Origin: Balanoglossus misakiensis
Lineage: Eukaryota; Animalia; Hemichordata
Reading direction: 5' to 3'
Length of the DNA: 64,000 nt
NCBI GenBank assembly: GCA_040954595.2
Contig: CM082581.2
Coordinates: 13,837,921-13,901,920 of the forward strand
A program made the translations under genes and the position numbers. Below, one piece after another: positions 18,034 to 30,863 of the stretch (positions are counted from its first letter, which is position 1; the number at the start of each line of letters is the position of its first letter). The notes beneath the pieces are model-generated. The model was given only the letters and a program-made list of their open reading frames with translations. It was not told the DNA's origin and did no database searches.

Positions 18034-19879
18034 AATGTCACCAAGCTAAATGGGACCACCTGGAGTTGGCCACCTGGTAACTCCAACGGAATCTTCCTTG
18101 ACCAAAGGGGTTGCCCTATGCCTCAAGCAACTTGACGACATAATCCCAGATATTATAAATGGTATATATTGTTGACTACTACATATACTATGAAAGACTA
18201 TATAATTTATTCAATATGCAAAATCATAAGCGTACCATGACTTAGTGTTTACAGATACACCGCTGCCAATTTCCTGATCTCATGGTAATAATAAGTTATG
18301 GGTGTTTGCGAGATCACAGCTGGATAATATGTACTGTACTGCATCGAAATGGTACAGCTATTTTATGACAACTCATATTTGACAAGGTTTATGGTGCTCC
18401 AAAATGATAGGCCTTGGTATACTGCCTGGAAGACATTGACAGGGTCTACGTTCCTATGTGGTCATGGCGTCTATTTTATGTAATCACTTTACAGAGTTTT
18501 GCTTTTTAAAATGAATCATAAAATGAAATATTTTGAAAAGACATTCATTTGGTGAAATGCCCCACTATGATTATACTGTGGGTTAATTTATCATTTTAAT
18601 ATTAATAATTATTAAGGTATCTTTGTTTTTTAACTTCATTGTCAGACTTGAATAGGGCATGTTGTGTTGATATTTTTTATTGCTGTAAATTGTCTTTTCA
18701 TGTCATTTCTTTGCAAGAAGTCAAAAGTAGAAATGTCCAAAGTGGTGCATATGTCCTAAGAATTTGGAAAACGCTTCTGTCTTCCATTTGCCCCAACTCC
18801 ACTAATTACATTCCAGACTTTTACGATCCATACGCACAACTCCTATCTATCGTACATCATGTCAGGAAGATTTTATTTCTTGTTGTCTGCGATGATATAT
18901 ACTGTATCACAGTTTTTGGGTGCTCATAGTATTGAGCGCCCTCACAGACTCATAGCGTCTTTCGTTTACTCTGGAGTCCTGCAGCGTACGAGGGATTATA
19001 ATGTATCACTAATTGAAGTGGACGTAGACGTGACTTGTAAGCTGTTGCAATTTGGGGAACTATTACATAGCACATGGTCTAAACTTTAAAACTTTTAAAC
19101 TTCTAAACTTTAATCTCAATACTGAGTCACACGACTACTAGTATTTTGAAACTGTTCTTGTGCTATATTTTAGTAGAATAGAAATGCTTCAAAATGCAAA
19201 TGTATACAATATTTAAATAACGTATTTTGCTGCAATATTTGATTGTTACTTTTAAACTTCTGGGATTCACCATTTGTTCCAAGGTTCAGTGTAATATTTC
19301 CAGTCGAGGTAATTTGCGCTACAGTTTTATATCTGAAATCAAAATGTTATGTCCCAAGAACTTTGCAATAACTATAATATGTATATTATGTGAAGACAAA
19401 CTCTTCTTGGTTTTAACAGCTGTTATGGTGTAAGCATCAGAATTTTTTTGGCAGGAGTGATTCTATCAGTGTCAATAGATAATACTGGCATTTTGTTAAA
19501 ATAAAATGATATCATTATTGCTGATTAGATGTCCCACATTACATTATACACATTACCTGGGTTTGTCCATAATTTGATACTATGCATGTGGTGTTGCTAA
19601 GCCTAATGGTTTGGCAGAGTACATGCCCTGTCCAATGCAATATGGTATATTTACATATAAAGCTATTTTCAAGAACACATTCAGCAGATATGTCCCTTTC
19701 AGCTATAGATTTAATTAGTGGGCAGGGCAATTAGATGCATGTGAAAAGACATGATTTAAGTTTATTAGCATAATCTGACATTGGCATTGTAAAAGACACC
19801 GTTCAAGATTCAACATCTATCACAGTCCTGCTCTGCTTGGCACATTTCTGCAGCAAATTCTGTGACAACAACTGGCCTG

Positions 19880-22160
19880 ATGTCTGCTCCGTGTGAGTGT
19901 ATATTTAGTACTGTATTTTCCTCTATTTAATATTAGTTAACCAGGTAAAATGTAGATTCTGACTACTGAACTGAATACCAGTTTAATACAAGCTTCCTGC
20001 GGGTCCGTCAAGTTTGGTATAATGAAAATAAATGTGGGATGTGCACGTCAATTTCCCCCACCGACAGCCATCCTACATTGGCATTGCTTGTCCAAATTCT
20101 CTTTGCACATCGTTGCCTATATCCTAGCTTCTACACGTGTTATTACAGCAGCTATGCCGTGGTTTGGTGTGGACATCGGTGAAATCCTGGTGAAGGTAGT
20201 GTATTTTGAGCCCACGGATTTCATCGATGCTGCGCAGGCTGACGTGGAATCGTTGGCGACCATCCGACGAAATTTGACTTCCAAAACTGCCTATGGGAAA
20301 AACGGTATCAGGGACACGCACCTTGCGATAAAGGACATTGAAATCCGTGGACGCACAGGAAATCTGCATTTTATGAGATTTCCAACGAGTGATGTACCCT
20401 CTCTTCTCGAGTGGATCAAGTCCAAGAATCTTTTCCACGTTGTGAATACCGTCTGCGCAACTGGAGAAGAAGCGGTTAAGTTTGTGGAAGATGTGAAAAA
20501 TGTAAGTATTCCCGAAAGCATAGGACGTGTGTGATGGAGTGAAAACATTAAGACTAAGAGTTTGGGTTGTGATCGGATTACTAAAATATGATACACTCCT
20601 CACTTTTTGTGTACACTGATACGTATTTCAACTCTGCTTTCAGAACTTCACCGTAAAACTTGAACAATGTGATGAAGATGACTGTGTGATCTCTGGGATT
20701 CATCTTATTAACAGTGTCATCCCCAATGAGAGCTACTATTTAGGCAACTTGCAGATTGACAGCGAGGAAACTGATAAGATGCCGTATGATTTCCAAAACG
20801 CTTATCCATACTTGGTGGTCAATCTGGGCTCAGCCTTTACCATATTCTCTGTCGAGTCTAAGGACAACGTCAAGAGAGTCTCGGGAAGCAGGTAAGATGT
20901 GCCACGAAGGGGGGGGGGGGGGGCAATACTTATGGAATTTCCATATTATGGTCAAAGTACAGGTGTAATTGCAGGGGCACAGTCTATGTTATGCAAATCT
21001 ATTATGTCCCTACCCACGGACACTTTGGCTCGGACGATGAAGTCTGGAGGGGTCACTTTCAGAAACTTAGGCATGTCAGACAAAACACCTCGGTTATTTC
21101 AAAATGATGCAGTCCAAAGCAACAGCTATACGCATCGATACTTTCTCGTCCACTCTTTTAACAGTATTGGAGGCAGAACTTTCCAAGGTTTGTGTTGTTT
21201 GCTGACTGGGTGCCAGACCTTTGAAGAAGCCATGAAACTCACTGAAACTGGAGACCACAGAAAAGTCGATCAGTTGGGATGGGATATGTACGGAGATGGT
21301 TGTGACGATGAACGTCTTCCAGGAAATTCGGTCGCTTATAGGTGAGTCAGCGCGGCACAACTTTACTCCACCCTTCCTTCGGGTTTGAACATCAGAAGAA
21401 AGACTTTCTATCTTTGTGTTGTCCATTTTGACTGCATGCAATAGAATATCTTTGGCACTTCCAAGTAAACAGCTGTTCCGTTGCATTGCAGTTTTGGATA
21501 TATGGCTGATCCAGACAAGAGAAAACTTGCCAGTAAGAATGACCTGGCAAGGGCCACCCTGGTCACTGTTGTCAGCAATATTGGTTTCCTAAGCCTTACA
21601 CATGCAAAACTTGAGGTAAGACAATACATGTCCTAGTGTGTATAAGTTCATTCAAGTTCCTCAACACATTCATCGTCACCACTAAAGATGGCATTCCGTT
21701 ACACATATGTCAATGACAATTTCAAGTACAGTCAGTATAGTACTGTCTACCCATCCATTGCAGAATTTCTGTGAATTTACAAAACACACGAGCATTTTAA
21801 TTTATTTTTCAACAGGGCATAGAAACGATTGTCTTTGTGGGCGATTTCCTGAGAGCAAACACTTTATCAAAGAAACTGCTGTCAAATTTATTGAAACACT
21901 GGTCCGTAATTATTCCTAACAGAGCTCTATTCCTTGAGCATGAGGTGAGACTCGTCTTTCGTATTAGTTGTATTATACACAGTCATGTAGTTAGAGCTTA
22001 TTTACATGATGTACGTATACGCAGTCTCATGATACAAACCTTCGCATATCTGTTTCTTACTTTTTTTATTTCCGTCACTTTCCAGGGATACTTCGGAGCT
22101 ACGGGCGCTCTGATGGAGTTAATGAAGAAGGTGGAGAATGGACAACCAAGCCAAACATAA
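19880..22160 (+). CDS. Type II pantothenate kinase paralog B, divergent (P-loop altered; possible pseudokinase)
   Basis: Micro-exon ATGTCTGCTCCGT|GTGAGT (19880-19892), then exons at ~20152-20501, 20644-20891, 21165-21341, 21491-21615, 21816-21943 and 22086-22160. Intron positions match copy A and no stop or frameshift was seen. Motifs read DIGEILVK, ATGEEAVKF, NLGSAFTIF and SIGGRTF. Confidence 0.88.
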
Positions 22161-22880
22161 AATAGTTTCGCTTGTAGTTGGACTTGGGTAGGGTTAAAAT
22201 TAAATCAATTTTGTAATAGCCATGTTCCATTTATAGGTTGTATCTTATGAATAATCAGTCTTGCTACACAAATTGCCACATATGTCCAAATCAAAAAAAG
22301 TTTCTGATTTATAACAATGCCCAAGGCTGTCCATTCCTATCAATTAGGTACCAGTATAAAGAAGACACATTTCTATTAATGCTAAACTATCTCTTTTCAC
22401 TTATAAATCCAATGACAGATGTTTAACTGTCAATATAGTACCTTGTGTCCTTGACAATATTTTAATTAACGACACTTGTTTCTCTCAACAAATCAGACTT
22501 TCACACAATGAAAATGAACGCTAGCAATTTTCGTGAGAAAATTAAAAGCTCAAACTGTTTCAAACGCTTCACGACTCTAATTGGAAGACAGATGGGAAAT
22601 AGGTGCATATTATTATACGATTATCAGACTGTGTTCCACTTATCTATATGTGTTTTACGTTAATTAAATGGGTTCGATTCCTCCGGCAATGAAAGGCGGC
22701 TCCGTATAGACATTTGTACCCCAGAAATGCTTATTGCCTCGCAGAACGCGTACTCCATGCATGCGTACGAAACATCACATGCACACTGTCCGATTCGTTG
22801 TTCCACACGCTGCCAAAGCGTAAGCATCTGTCCAGAGTTCTACAGTTTTGTCACGTTGCTCTGGCGAATTCACAAGCTCC

Positions 22881-25055
22881 ATGACAACAGGCCTGATGTC
22901 AGCTTCATGTAAGTATTCATATTCTGGATTATAGTCTAGATTAGTGTCATGCAGACACCAGTGTAAATTTAGATTGTGAATATATACATGTATTGAACGA
23001 AATTATTAGTGAGTTATATGTTGATTCGTTGAATCTCCCGTTAGTTTTGATATTTTGCATAGACATACACAGGGTAATGGATAAAACAGGATTTATTCAA
23101 TATGTGGATCGTCTCTACTTTTCTCGCGATTATGCAAATCATACCCTGGTTGCAGGTGTTGCTTCAGAAACCCTGTAGCGTGTGACAAAAGCCAGAATCA
23201 CATACTTCTACGTATTTCGCCAGGTGTGCCATGGTTTGGTGTGGACATTGGCGGGACCCTCATGAAGGTAGTTTACTTCGAGCCCGCGGATAACCAGGCG
23301 GAAACGGAAACTCTGAAGACCATCCGAGAGTATTTGACTTCGAAAACTGTCTATGGGGAAAGAGGAATCAGGGACGTGCATCTAACCATAAAGCACGTTG
23401 AAATCTACGGACGCACGGGCAATCTGCATTTCATGCGTCTTCCAATACGTGATATACCCACTTTTCTCCAATCTGTCAAGTCCAATAATCTCTCCCGTGT
23501 TGTTGATACGGTCTGGGCAACTGGGGGCGGTGCGTATATTTATGCCGAAGATGCGAAAAATGTAAGTGTCCAATGTTGCGTACAATGAATACAAGAACGT
23601 TACAGGGAACGGAATTGATGTTAATCGAGATCAGGTGTGTGGTGTGATTTAATCTAGTTTCTTCTTTCAGATCGTCAACGTAACACTAGAGCACTGTCCT
23701 GAAGTTGAGAGTTTGATCTCTGGAATTGATTTCATTGATAGTATAACACCCAATGAGTGCTACTATTGGAGTAATTCGGATTCAGTTAAGAATGAAACGT
23801 GTGAGAAGGTGCCGTATGATTTCAAAGATCCTTATCCATACCTGCTCGTCAGTATGGGCTCGGGCTTTGTTGTATCATGTGTCACAGCTAAGGATACCCG
23901 CAGGCCGGTGGCTGGAACTAGGTAAGACGAGAAAAATGCGAAGGACTGTTTGCTTCATTCCATCTCCCCTGTATATGCAGGTCCAACCATGCCATGAAAG
24001 CATGTTTTGTAACACCTAAGATCCCACATGGATCTAGCTTGGATCACAACGTGCACTACGATCTCTAAATGACACTCCGCTAGCTTGCGGACAACCATCT
24101 CTCAACTGTCATCGTTCTAATCCTTTCTCTGTTGCAGTCTTGGCGGCAGAACATTTCTTGGACTATGCTGCTTGTTAACTGGATGTCAGACATTTGATGA
24201 AGCCATAGAATTGGCTGAGACAGGAGACCACACGAAAGTCGATGATGCTTATGGCGAGGGTTGTGATGGTTTGCAGTTGAACCACTCTGTTCCAGCCTAT
24301 AGGTACGTCACGTGGCAAATAAATACATGACTTTTAATATAATACAATAACAGTTCTTGGCAAATGAAAGCAAACAACTTTTTCTCATTAATTGCAGTTT
24401 TGGACACATGGTTGATCCAGAAAAGAGACAAACCGTCAGTAAAAATGACTTGGCTAGGGCCACTCTTGTCACGTTAACCAATAATATTGCTTACATGGCC
24501 GTGCGGTGTGCAAAGCATGAGGTAGGACATCCCATCCCGGGTATTTCTCAGTATTGCACGCAGTTGAGAATGAAATTTGGTTTTGGGGGTCAAATGCACA
24601 GGGAAGACAGGTATACATCCATGAAAGACGGATGGACACCTTTTGGGTGAAACCAGGAAGAGAAGTCGAGTGATTCAATCTATATTTGTTCTTTTTTCCG
24701 GACAGGGAATAAAAAGGATTGTCTATGTCGGTAATTTCCTGAGAGAAAACACTTTAGCGGTGAAACTGCTGTCGAACACCACACGTAATTGGACCAATGG
24801 TACCGTTAAAGCTCTCTTCTTTGAACACGAGGTGAGACTTGTTTTGTTTTGTAGCCTATTGGTCTTACTTCAAGAGGCCTTTTGTTCTAAAAATTCAAAA
24901 AACTGCAGTTGCTACTACATAGAAATTCCGATAACGCAAATATAAAAAGTTTACTTCTTGTGGGTTTATTTTTCTTCTTTATTTTTTGTTACCAGGGCTA
25001 CTTTTGCGCTACTGGAGCTCTGTTGGAGTTTCTGCAGAAGAAGGATAAGAAATGA
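22881..25055 (+). CDS. Type II pantothenate kinase paralog C, divergent substrate pocket
   Basis: Micro-exon MTTGLMSAS 22881-22908 (GTAAGT donor), then exons at ~23224-23561, 23671-23921, 24138-24302, 24398-24521, 24706-24831 and 24996-25055. DIGGTLMK and ATGGGAY are intact; [22 protein letters not shown] and KVDDAYG are altered. Stop TGA at 25053-25055. Confidence 0.9.
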
Positions 25056-25872
25056 TTGCGAAACTTTGTCGGCCCTATAATGTGTACACGTAGAATGAAA
25101 TATTATATTGTTATATTGCTAGCTGCATGCGTGAATTGGTGCATTGGGTCTCGGTCCGATCCTGTAAATTACTTGTAGATCTCTTTAGTATCCTGACATT
25201 TTGTGTGCTTAAAATAAAATATAGGGGCCTATAATACACCTCTGACAAAGCAAATGCTGGTTGACAGGGGTTAAAACGCCGCATATTTGTGTACACGTCC
25301 AATGAACTAGAGCAAGGGGGGCCTAGATACAAGTATCCATATAAAGGATTAGATTTAAATAATATACCTTTAATTATCACCCCTTTTCAATTAACGAGGT
25401 CCGTGGTACCAGTATGAAGACACATTTCTATAAATAAAGAAGTATCTGAAACTGAACTGTCGTTTCATTTCCAAACCCTCTGGAAGTGCCCCTGGCACTA
25501 TTTCGCCCTTGATTTCCAATAATTACTGCTCTTGGCTAGTAATAGACTACTAGTAGTATTTGGTACAGGCCTAAATATGTTGGTGCTAGCAAAACCGGGT
25601 TTCATTTTTGCAGAAGCAACTTAGGCTTAAAGTTTAAATTTGATGAAATCTGGTGAAACGCTTTTTCAAGCACAAGAAAGGAGCACTGGAACAAGTTTGT
25701 CATTTACTTATGATAATACAACATGTGGTACATAATATAGTAGTACGTATAAAACACTTATACGAAATAGCTGAAGTTTAGCGCAGAGGTCATCGCTCGA
25801 TTGCTGTTTACAGTGGAGAATACAAGAATATTCCCACACCAACTAACGAATTTTGTGAAAACGAGGCCGCTC

Positions 25873-25880
25873 TGACGTCA
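25873..25880. promoter_or_regulatory. CRE palindrome TGACGTCA upstream of the likely non-coding first exon of YKT6
   Basis: Perfect CREB/ATF site about 80 bp upstream of a CAAG|GTAAG donor near 25957; function is inferred. Confidence 0.4.
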
Positions 25881-26685
25881 TATCCTCCAAATAGGGGTTT
25901 TCTCATTTTGACATCAGACTCGTAAAGTTCCACGTCGGAGAGGACAACAAAAACAAGGTAAGACAGTCATTTTCCGACCCTTGACCAAAAATAGCGACAT
26001 AAGATTCTTTTTGTACAGATATGCTGCCAATTTTGGAAGTTTTAGTGTCGCTGGAGTCAGTGGAGTGACTAAATACGACTGATCCATTATAATCACATAT
26101 GAATGATATCACATTGGTTTCATTTCAAATGTACATAAATATGTACTGTACGGAAGTTAAAAAACATGGGTCTAAAACGTAAATATGTTGTCCTGCGTAA
26201 TTCCATTGTACCAAGACTTAAACTCTTGTAACTCAAAAGTCCGAAAGTGGGATTATTTTATCTAAAAAATACCATTCCCTATGTTTGTGAAACTGACATA
26301 ATGTTAAATGTTGAATGCAAGTTACCATGCAATGCCACCTGTGATGTAATCATTATAGGCCCTGCCTCCTAGATTTTATTGTGTATTGTACTTTGTATTC
26401 CATAAATTAGCTGCAAAACTCTTTCTGCAGTATCATAATGATAGGAATTGTCAAATTTTGGCCGTTATGATTCACACTTTTGTTCATTAAGTACATGTCA
26501 TCTGTGTTAGACTTCTATAAAATAATGTGCTGTTTCATCTTTTCATTGCAGATTTTTTTTCAAAGAAGTCACACATCAGAGAGAAAATTTAAACAAGAGT
26601 GGAATAACTTTGGTGACTGTTATTTTCATCAGTGAAACAAACTGAAATATAAAAACTTTAACAGGGTGACTCTTCAAGAATCACT

Positions 26686-28541
26686 ATGAAGTTATACAGT
26701 CTATCAATTCTTTATAAGGGTGCAAAAGTTACAACCTTGAAGGCTGGCTATGATTTGTCAACATTCGGGTATTTTCAAAAATCAAGGTGGGTATGGACAT
26801 GTTCTGTTATATATATATATATATATAAATGCATCATAGTCTAAAATTGGTTCAAGTGTGTAATTAATATAAATTAAGTCATTTACGACATATCCAGTGT
26901 ATCTATATTTCATGTGAAAGATTGAATGAAAAAAGAGCTTTTACTGGAGTTGGTAGGATAGAACAGACTGATTTCAAATTCACATGTGTGAACTCTATCA
27001 CACTAGCCAAACTGGTCTATACAAGAACACATGTTACATGCCAAGGATTAACTACCACTTCAGTCTGGAAAAGCACTGTTACATCATAAAATGCTAATTA
27101 CCAGGGTTATTTATATACTCTGTGAATTCATTTGTTGGTTGAAAGTCAACTACAGATCAGAAACTCATATGGGTGAGGGGAATTGCATTTATTCTTCTTC
27201 AAACACTGCCTTGTATTTTTGTACTTGACTTGTATTTTCTGATTTTTTGTACATACCAGTGTCCAAGAGTTCATGAGATTTACCAGTCAGATAATAGTGG
27301 AGAGGACACAGCCAGGGCAAAGAACGTCTGTTAAACAAGAAGGTGTGTAGAAAAACTTGGGGTTTCAGTTGTTGCAAATATAGCACAATATTTTATTAAC
27401 TCTGTGAAGACAGAATGTTGTGATACAAATGTCTAGCTAGACATCTACTTCAGTCCATTAGAGTGTCAGGGTCTTTTGTATCATGTGGCACTTCTATAGG
27501 TCAATTTTCATATAAAGTATCATTTTACATTGTTTTATTCTCCCTTACCAGAGTATATGTGTCATGCATACATCCGATCGGATTCACTTGCGGGAGTGTT
27601 GGTTGGAGACCATGAATACCCACAGAGAGTTGCCTTTACTCTACTCAATAAAACTCTGGAACAATTCGCCGCTGAAGTCCCTTCCCAACTATGGCCACAT
27701 GCAACAGAAAAGTAAGTAATCCCACAGTCTGTTTCTATAGCTGTTAAAATCATGGGAGTGTTTTAGAACATATCCTCTCTTGTGAAAATTTCTTCATATT
27801 CATCTAAATATTTAGAAAATTCTACAAACTAAATTTTAAATAAGACTATATACTACTAGCAACTTCTTCTTAACTGAAATCCTTCTATCAAATCATAAAA
27901 CTACATATAGATGTTGTATTCAATATTTATTTACCAGAAACCAATTTATGCTTTATTTTCAGAGACGTCAAATTTGAGAATTTGGAGCCTATTCTAATGA
28001 AGTACCAGGTATTGGAGTTTTAAAAAATGTATGGCAGTACATAACTAGTTTCTCACAATATAGCCACAAGTACCATTTATCCCATTGATTATTACTTATG
28101 TATAAAATTGGTGTTTTTTTCAGAATCCAAGGGAAGCAGATGCCTTGACAAAAGTTCAAGCTGAGCTAGATGAAACAAAAATTATAATGGTAAGTACCTG
28201 TACTTGCACAGACCCTAAGAACGTCACAAGAGTTATATTTTTATTGCACTAACAAGGTTTTCTGGTCTGTTGTGTTTTCATGTGCAGCATAGTACAATTG
28301 AAGCTGTTCTACAAAGAGGAGAGAAGTTGGATGATCTTGTGGAGAAGTCCCAAGACCTCAGTCTGCAGTCAAAAACATTCTACAAAACAGTAAGTGCCCA
28401 GAAACTGAATAATAATGTCATGTTTTATTGTACTCAATACTTGTATGTATGTCTTCACTGGGAGTTCACTCACACACAAATGGAAATGTCTGTTTTATCT
28501 TTCAGGCGAGGAAAACAAACCAGTGCTGTGTTATACTATGA
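26686..28541 (+). CDS. YKT6: Longin R-SNARE YKT6, multi-exon
   Basis: [11 protein letters not shown]..., [103 protein letters not shown]. Stop at 28539-28541. Confidence 0.96.
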
Positions 28542-30863
28542 AGGTCTCATCAATGCACAACAGTCTCCAGGGCTTTAACTGTCTCCAACATGACTGGCAG
28601 TGTTCAAACTTTCCCTCTCTTGAACTGATTTTTATTTTGATCTTATTCTCCCATTGTAACCATCTTTGATGTCTGAGAATAGCATCATCGTTGTCTCAGA
28701 ATGAACAGAGGATGGATAGTCTGGTCTCTGTATTCACCTCAACTGTAGCTGATGCTGACAAACCTTTTTGCTGGGGATGTTTTGTAATGAAGCTGTGGTC
28801 TGGGTTTTTACTGTCAACGAGACTGCCTGAATGTGCAGTCCTGTTATAAACAATGCAGTTTTTTAAAATTTGGTTTAATCCATATGCCTTCAATGAAGAC
28901 AAGCTGAAACTCTACAGACTGTGGTTTTACCACAAGGTATACTATTAATTTTATTGATATTCACAGAGGCTGGAAATAATTTAGTGACCCTAATTGACCT
29001 GAGATTTTATAATAAGCTGGCCCAGATATTACCGGTAGTTTGTATTGTCTGATGTTTGCAATGATATCCAGTCCTGGTGACAGTCATTTAATTTATTCCA
29101 CCACTTTATCTCAGATATGTTCATTAATGTAGTCTTGTCAAATAGAAGTGGATTGCTTTATCAATCATCATTAACCACTTCACAACCTTGCGTCCATATA
29201 CCTTTCACACCTATTTCTTCTCATTTGTGTTAAAGTTGGTTTTTTGTGGGCACTCAGTCTTGGCTTGATGCTAACAACCTCTGTGAGCGGACAATGGTGA
29301 TGTTATGGATGCATAAGATTTTCAAACAAATACCAGTAGTCATCGTTGAATTAATACATACAAACACCTGCCAGAAATAGTGGAAATATTTAGTTAAGTT
29401 TTTTTGTAATAATAAGTGAGCTGTACGAAAATGAACTTAGCATATTGCTCCTCGGCATATGGCTAGTGTTTTTAAAACAAGTGATATTTCTGTTGTTGTT
29501 TAATTTATTCCCCTGACATGGATTTGTTGTCCTTGGAGAGCAACATGTGTTCCTGCTTATTTACATGAATGCATTGTCAAATCTGGGCAACCTGTTGCTT
29601 GGATACTTGGAGCAATATTTGGGGAGGACTCGACTATCCTGTCAGGCCCACATGTACATAAGAATCTTTCAAAATGGTGTCATCAGTCAGTTAAGGGTGT
29701 GAAGATTGAAGTACTGTATCATGAAAAGTGGCAGGTCGTGGGGCGTTTAGGTGAATAGTTTAGGGCACAGGGCCAGCCAGGGGATAAAGGCAATATAGGA
29801 AAGTACTGTAAGTGTATTTTTATGTGCATGCTCATTGTGCATGTGAGGAGACAGTGGTAGCCTGTTTCTTCAGGATACAGTGTAGAGGCAAAAGTTATGT
29901 CAGCTTCTTTGTAAATATTTCCTTGTACTTGTTTGTAATGTACTGTAATCTTCCATATTGTCAGAATCATTCCTGATGCCACGGTCAGCCACAATAATTC
30001 AGTCAGCTAAAGCACATGTGAGAATATGAGGTGTGGCATGTGTAGAAATGTGCCTGTGTTGAAGCTGTTCATAACATGATTGGAAGAATATATACATGTA
30101 CATGTGCTATGGAATATGTCAGTATTATGTAATGTAACACCAGATCATTAGACTTTGCTCTAGTGTGTTGATTTTACCGAATGTGATCATTTGAAAACAA
30201 GGTATGTATATTTTTCTGAAGTTGAAAGAAATAAATGTATCACTTGACTGTTAAGAATGTTGCAGTGTTTGAATGTACTAGAATTAGTGTCTAATTTGGG
30301 ATATGTATGGTCAGGAAAGATAGCAACTTCGTTTCTTTAAGGACATAAGCAACCGACTGATTAAACATATACTTTTAGCTGGACTTTATTCTACAAAAAA
30401 TCAATAACTGTACATACATTTGCTTACAGAATATAAGAGGAGACGGAACTTTTTGTGAAGATCATCTTGCTTGCCAAGTTAAAATGTGTGTAAGTTTTAA
30501 TTGGTCCAACATTTTACCTTGATATCCACAAGGCAAACTGGAAGACAAACATGGAAATCTGGCTAAGAGAAGAAAGGATTCTTTGATAATTCACAGGTGG
30601 GTATCTCTATGTTTGAACTTACATTGCAGTTTTTGCAAATTAAAAATACTTTTGGTTACCCTGCTACAATATATACCATGAAAAGAAGTTGAGAGTATAC
30701 AAATAAAAAAAAATAATGTCACGGTTTGTTATAGACTATGTCACAATGGCCCATATTAGCACTGGTCCACACTTGTGACAAAATTAAACCGCTCTTTTAA
30801 AAAAATTATATGCAAAAATATTTCATCAGCGGCAGTAATCAGTAAATTGATAGATATGTTGGA

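Noticed and set aside
19880-25055. Calling PANK copies B and C pseudogenes
   Set aside because: No premature stops or frameshifts were seen, and all splice sites and intron phases are preserved despite intron divergence.
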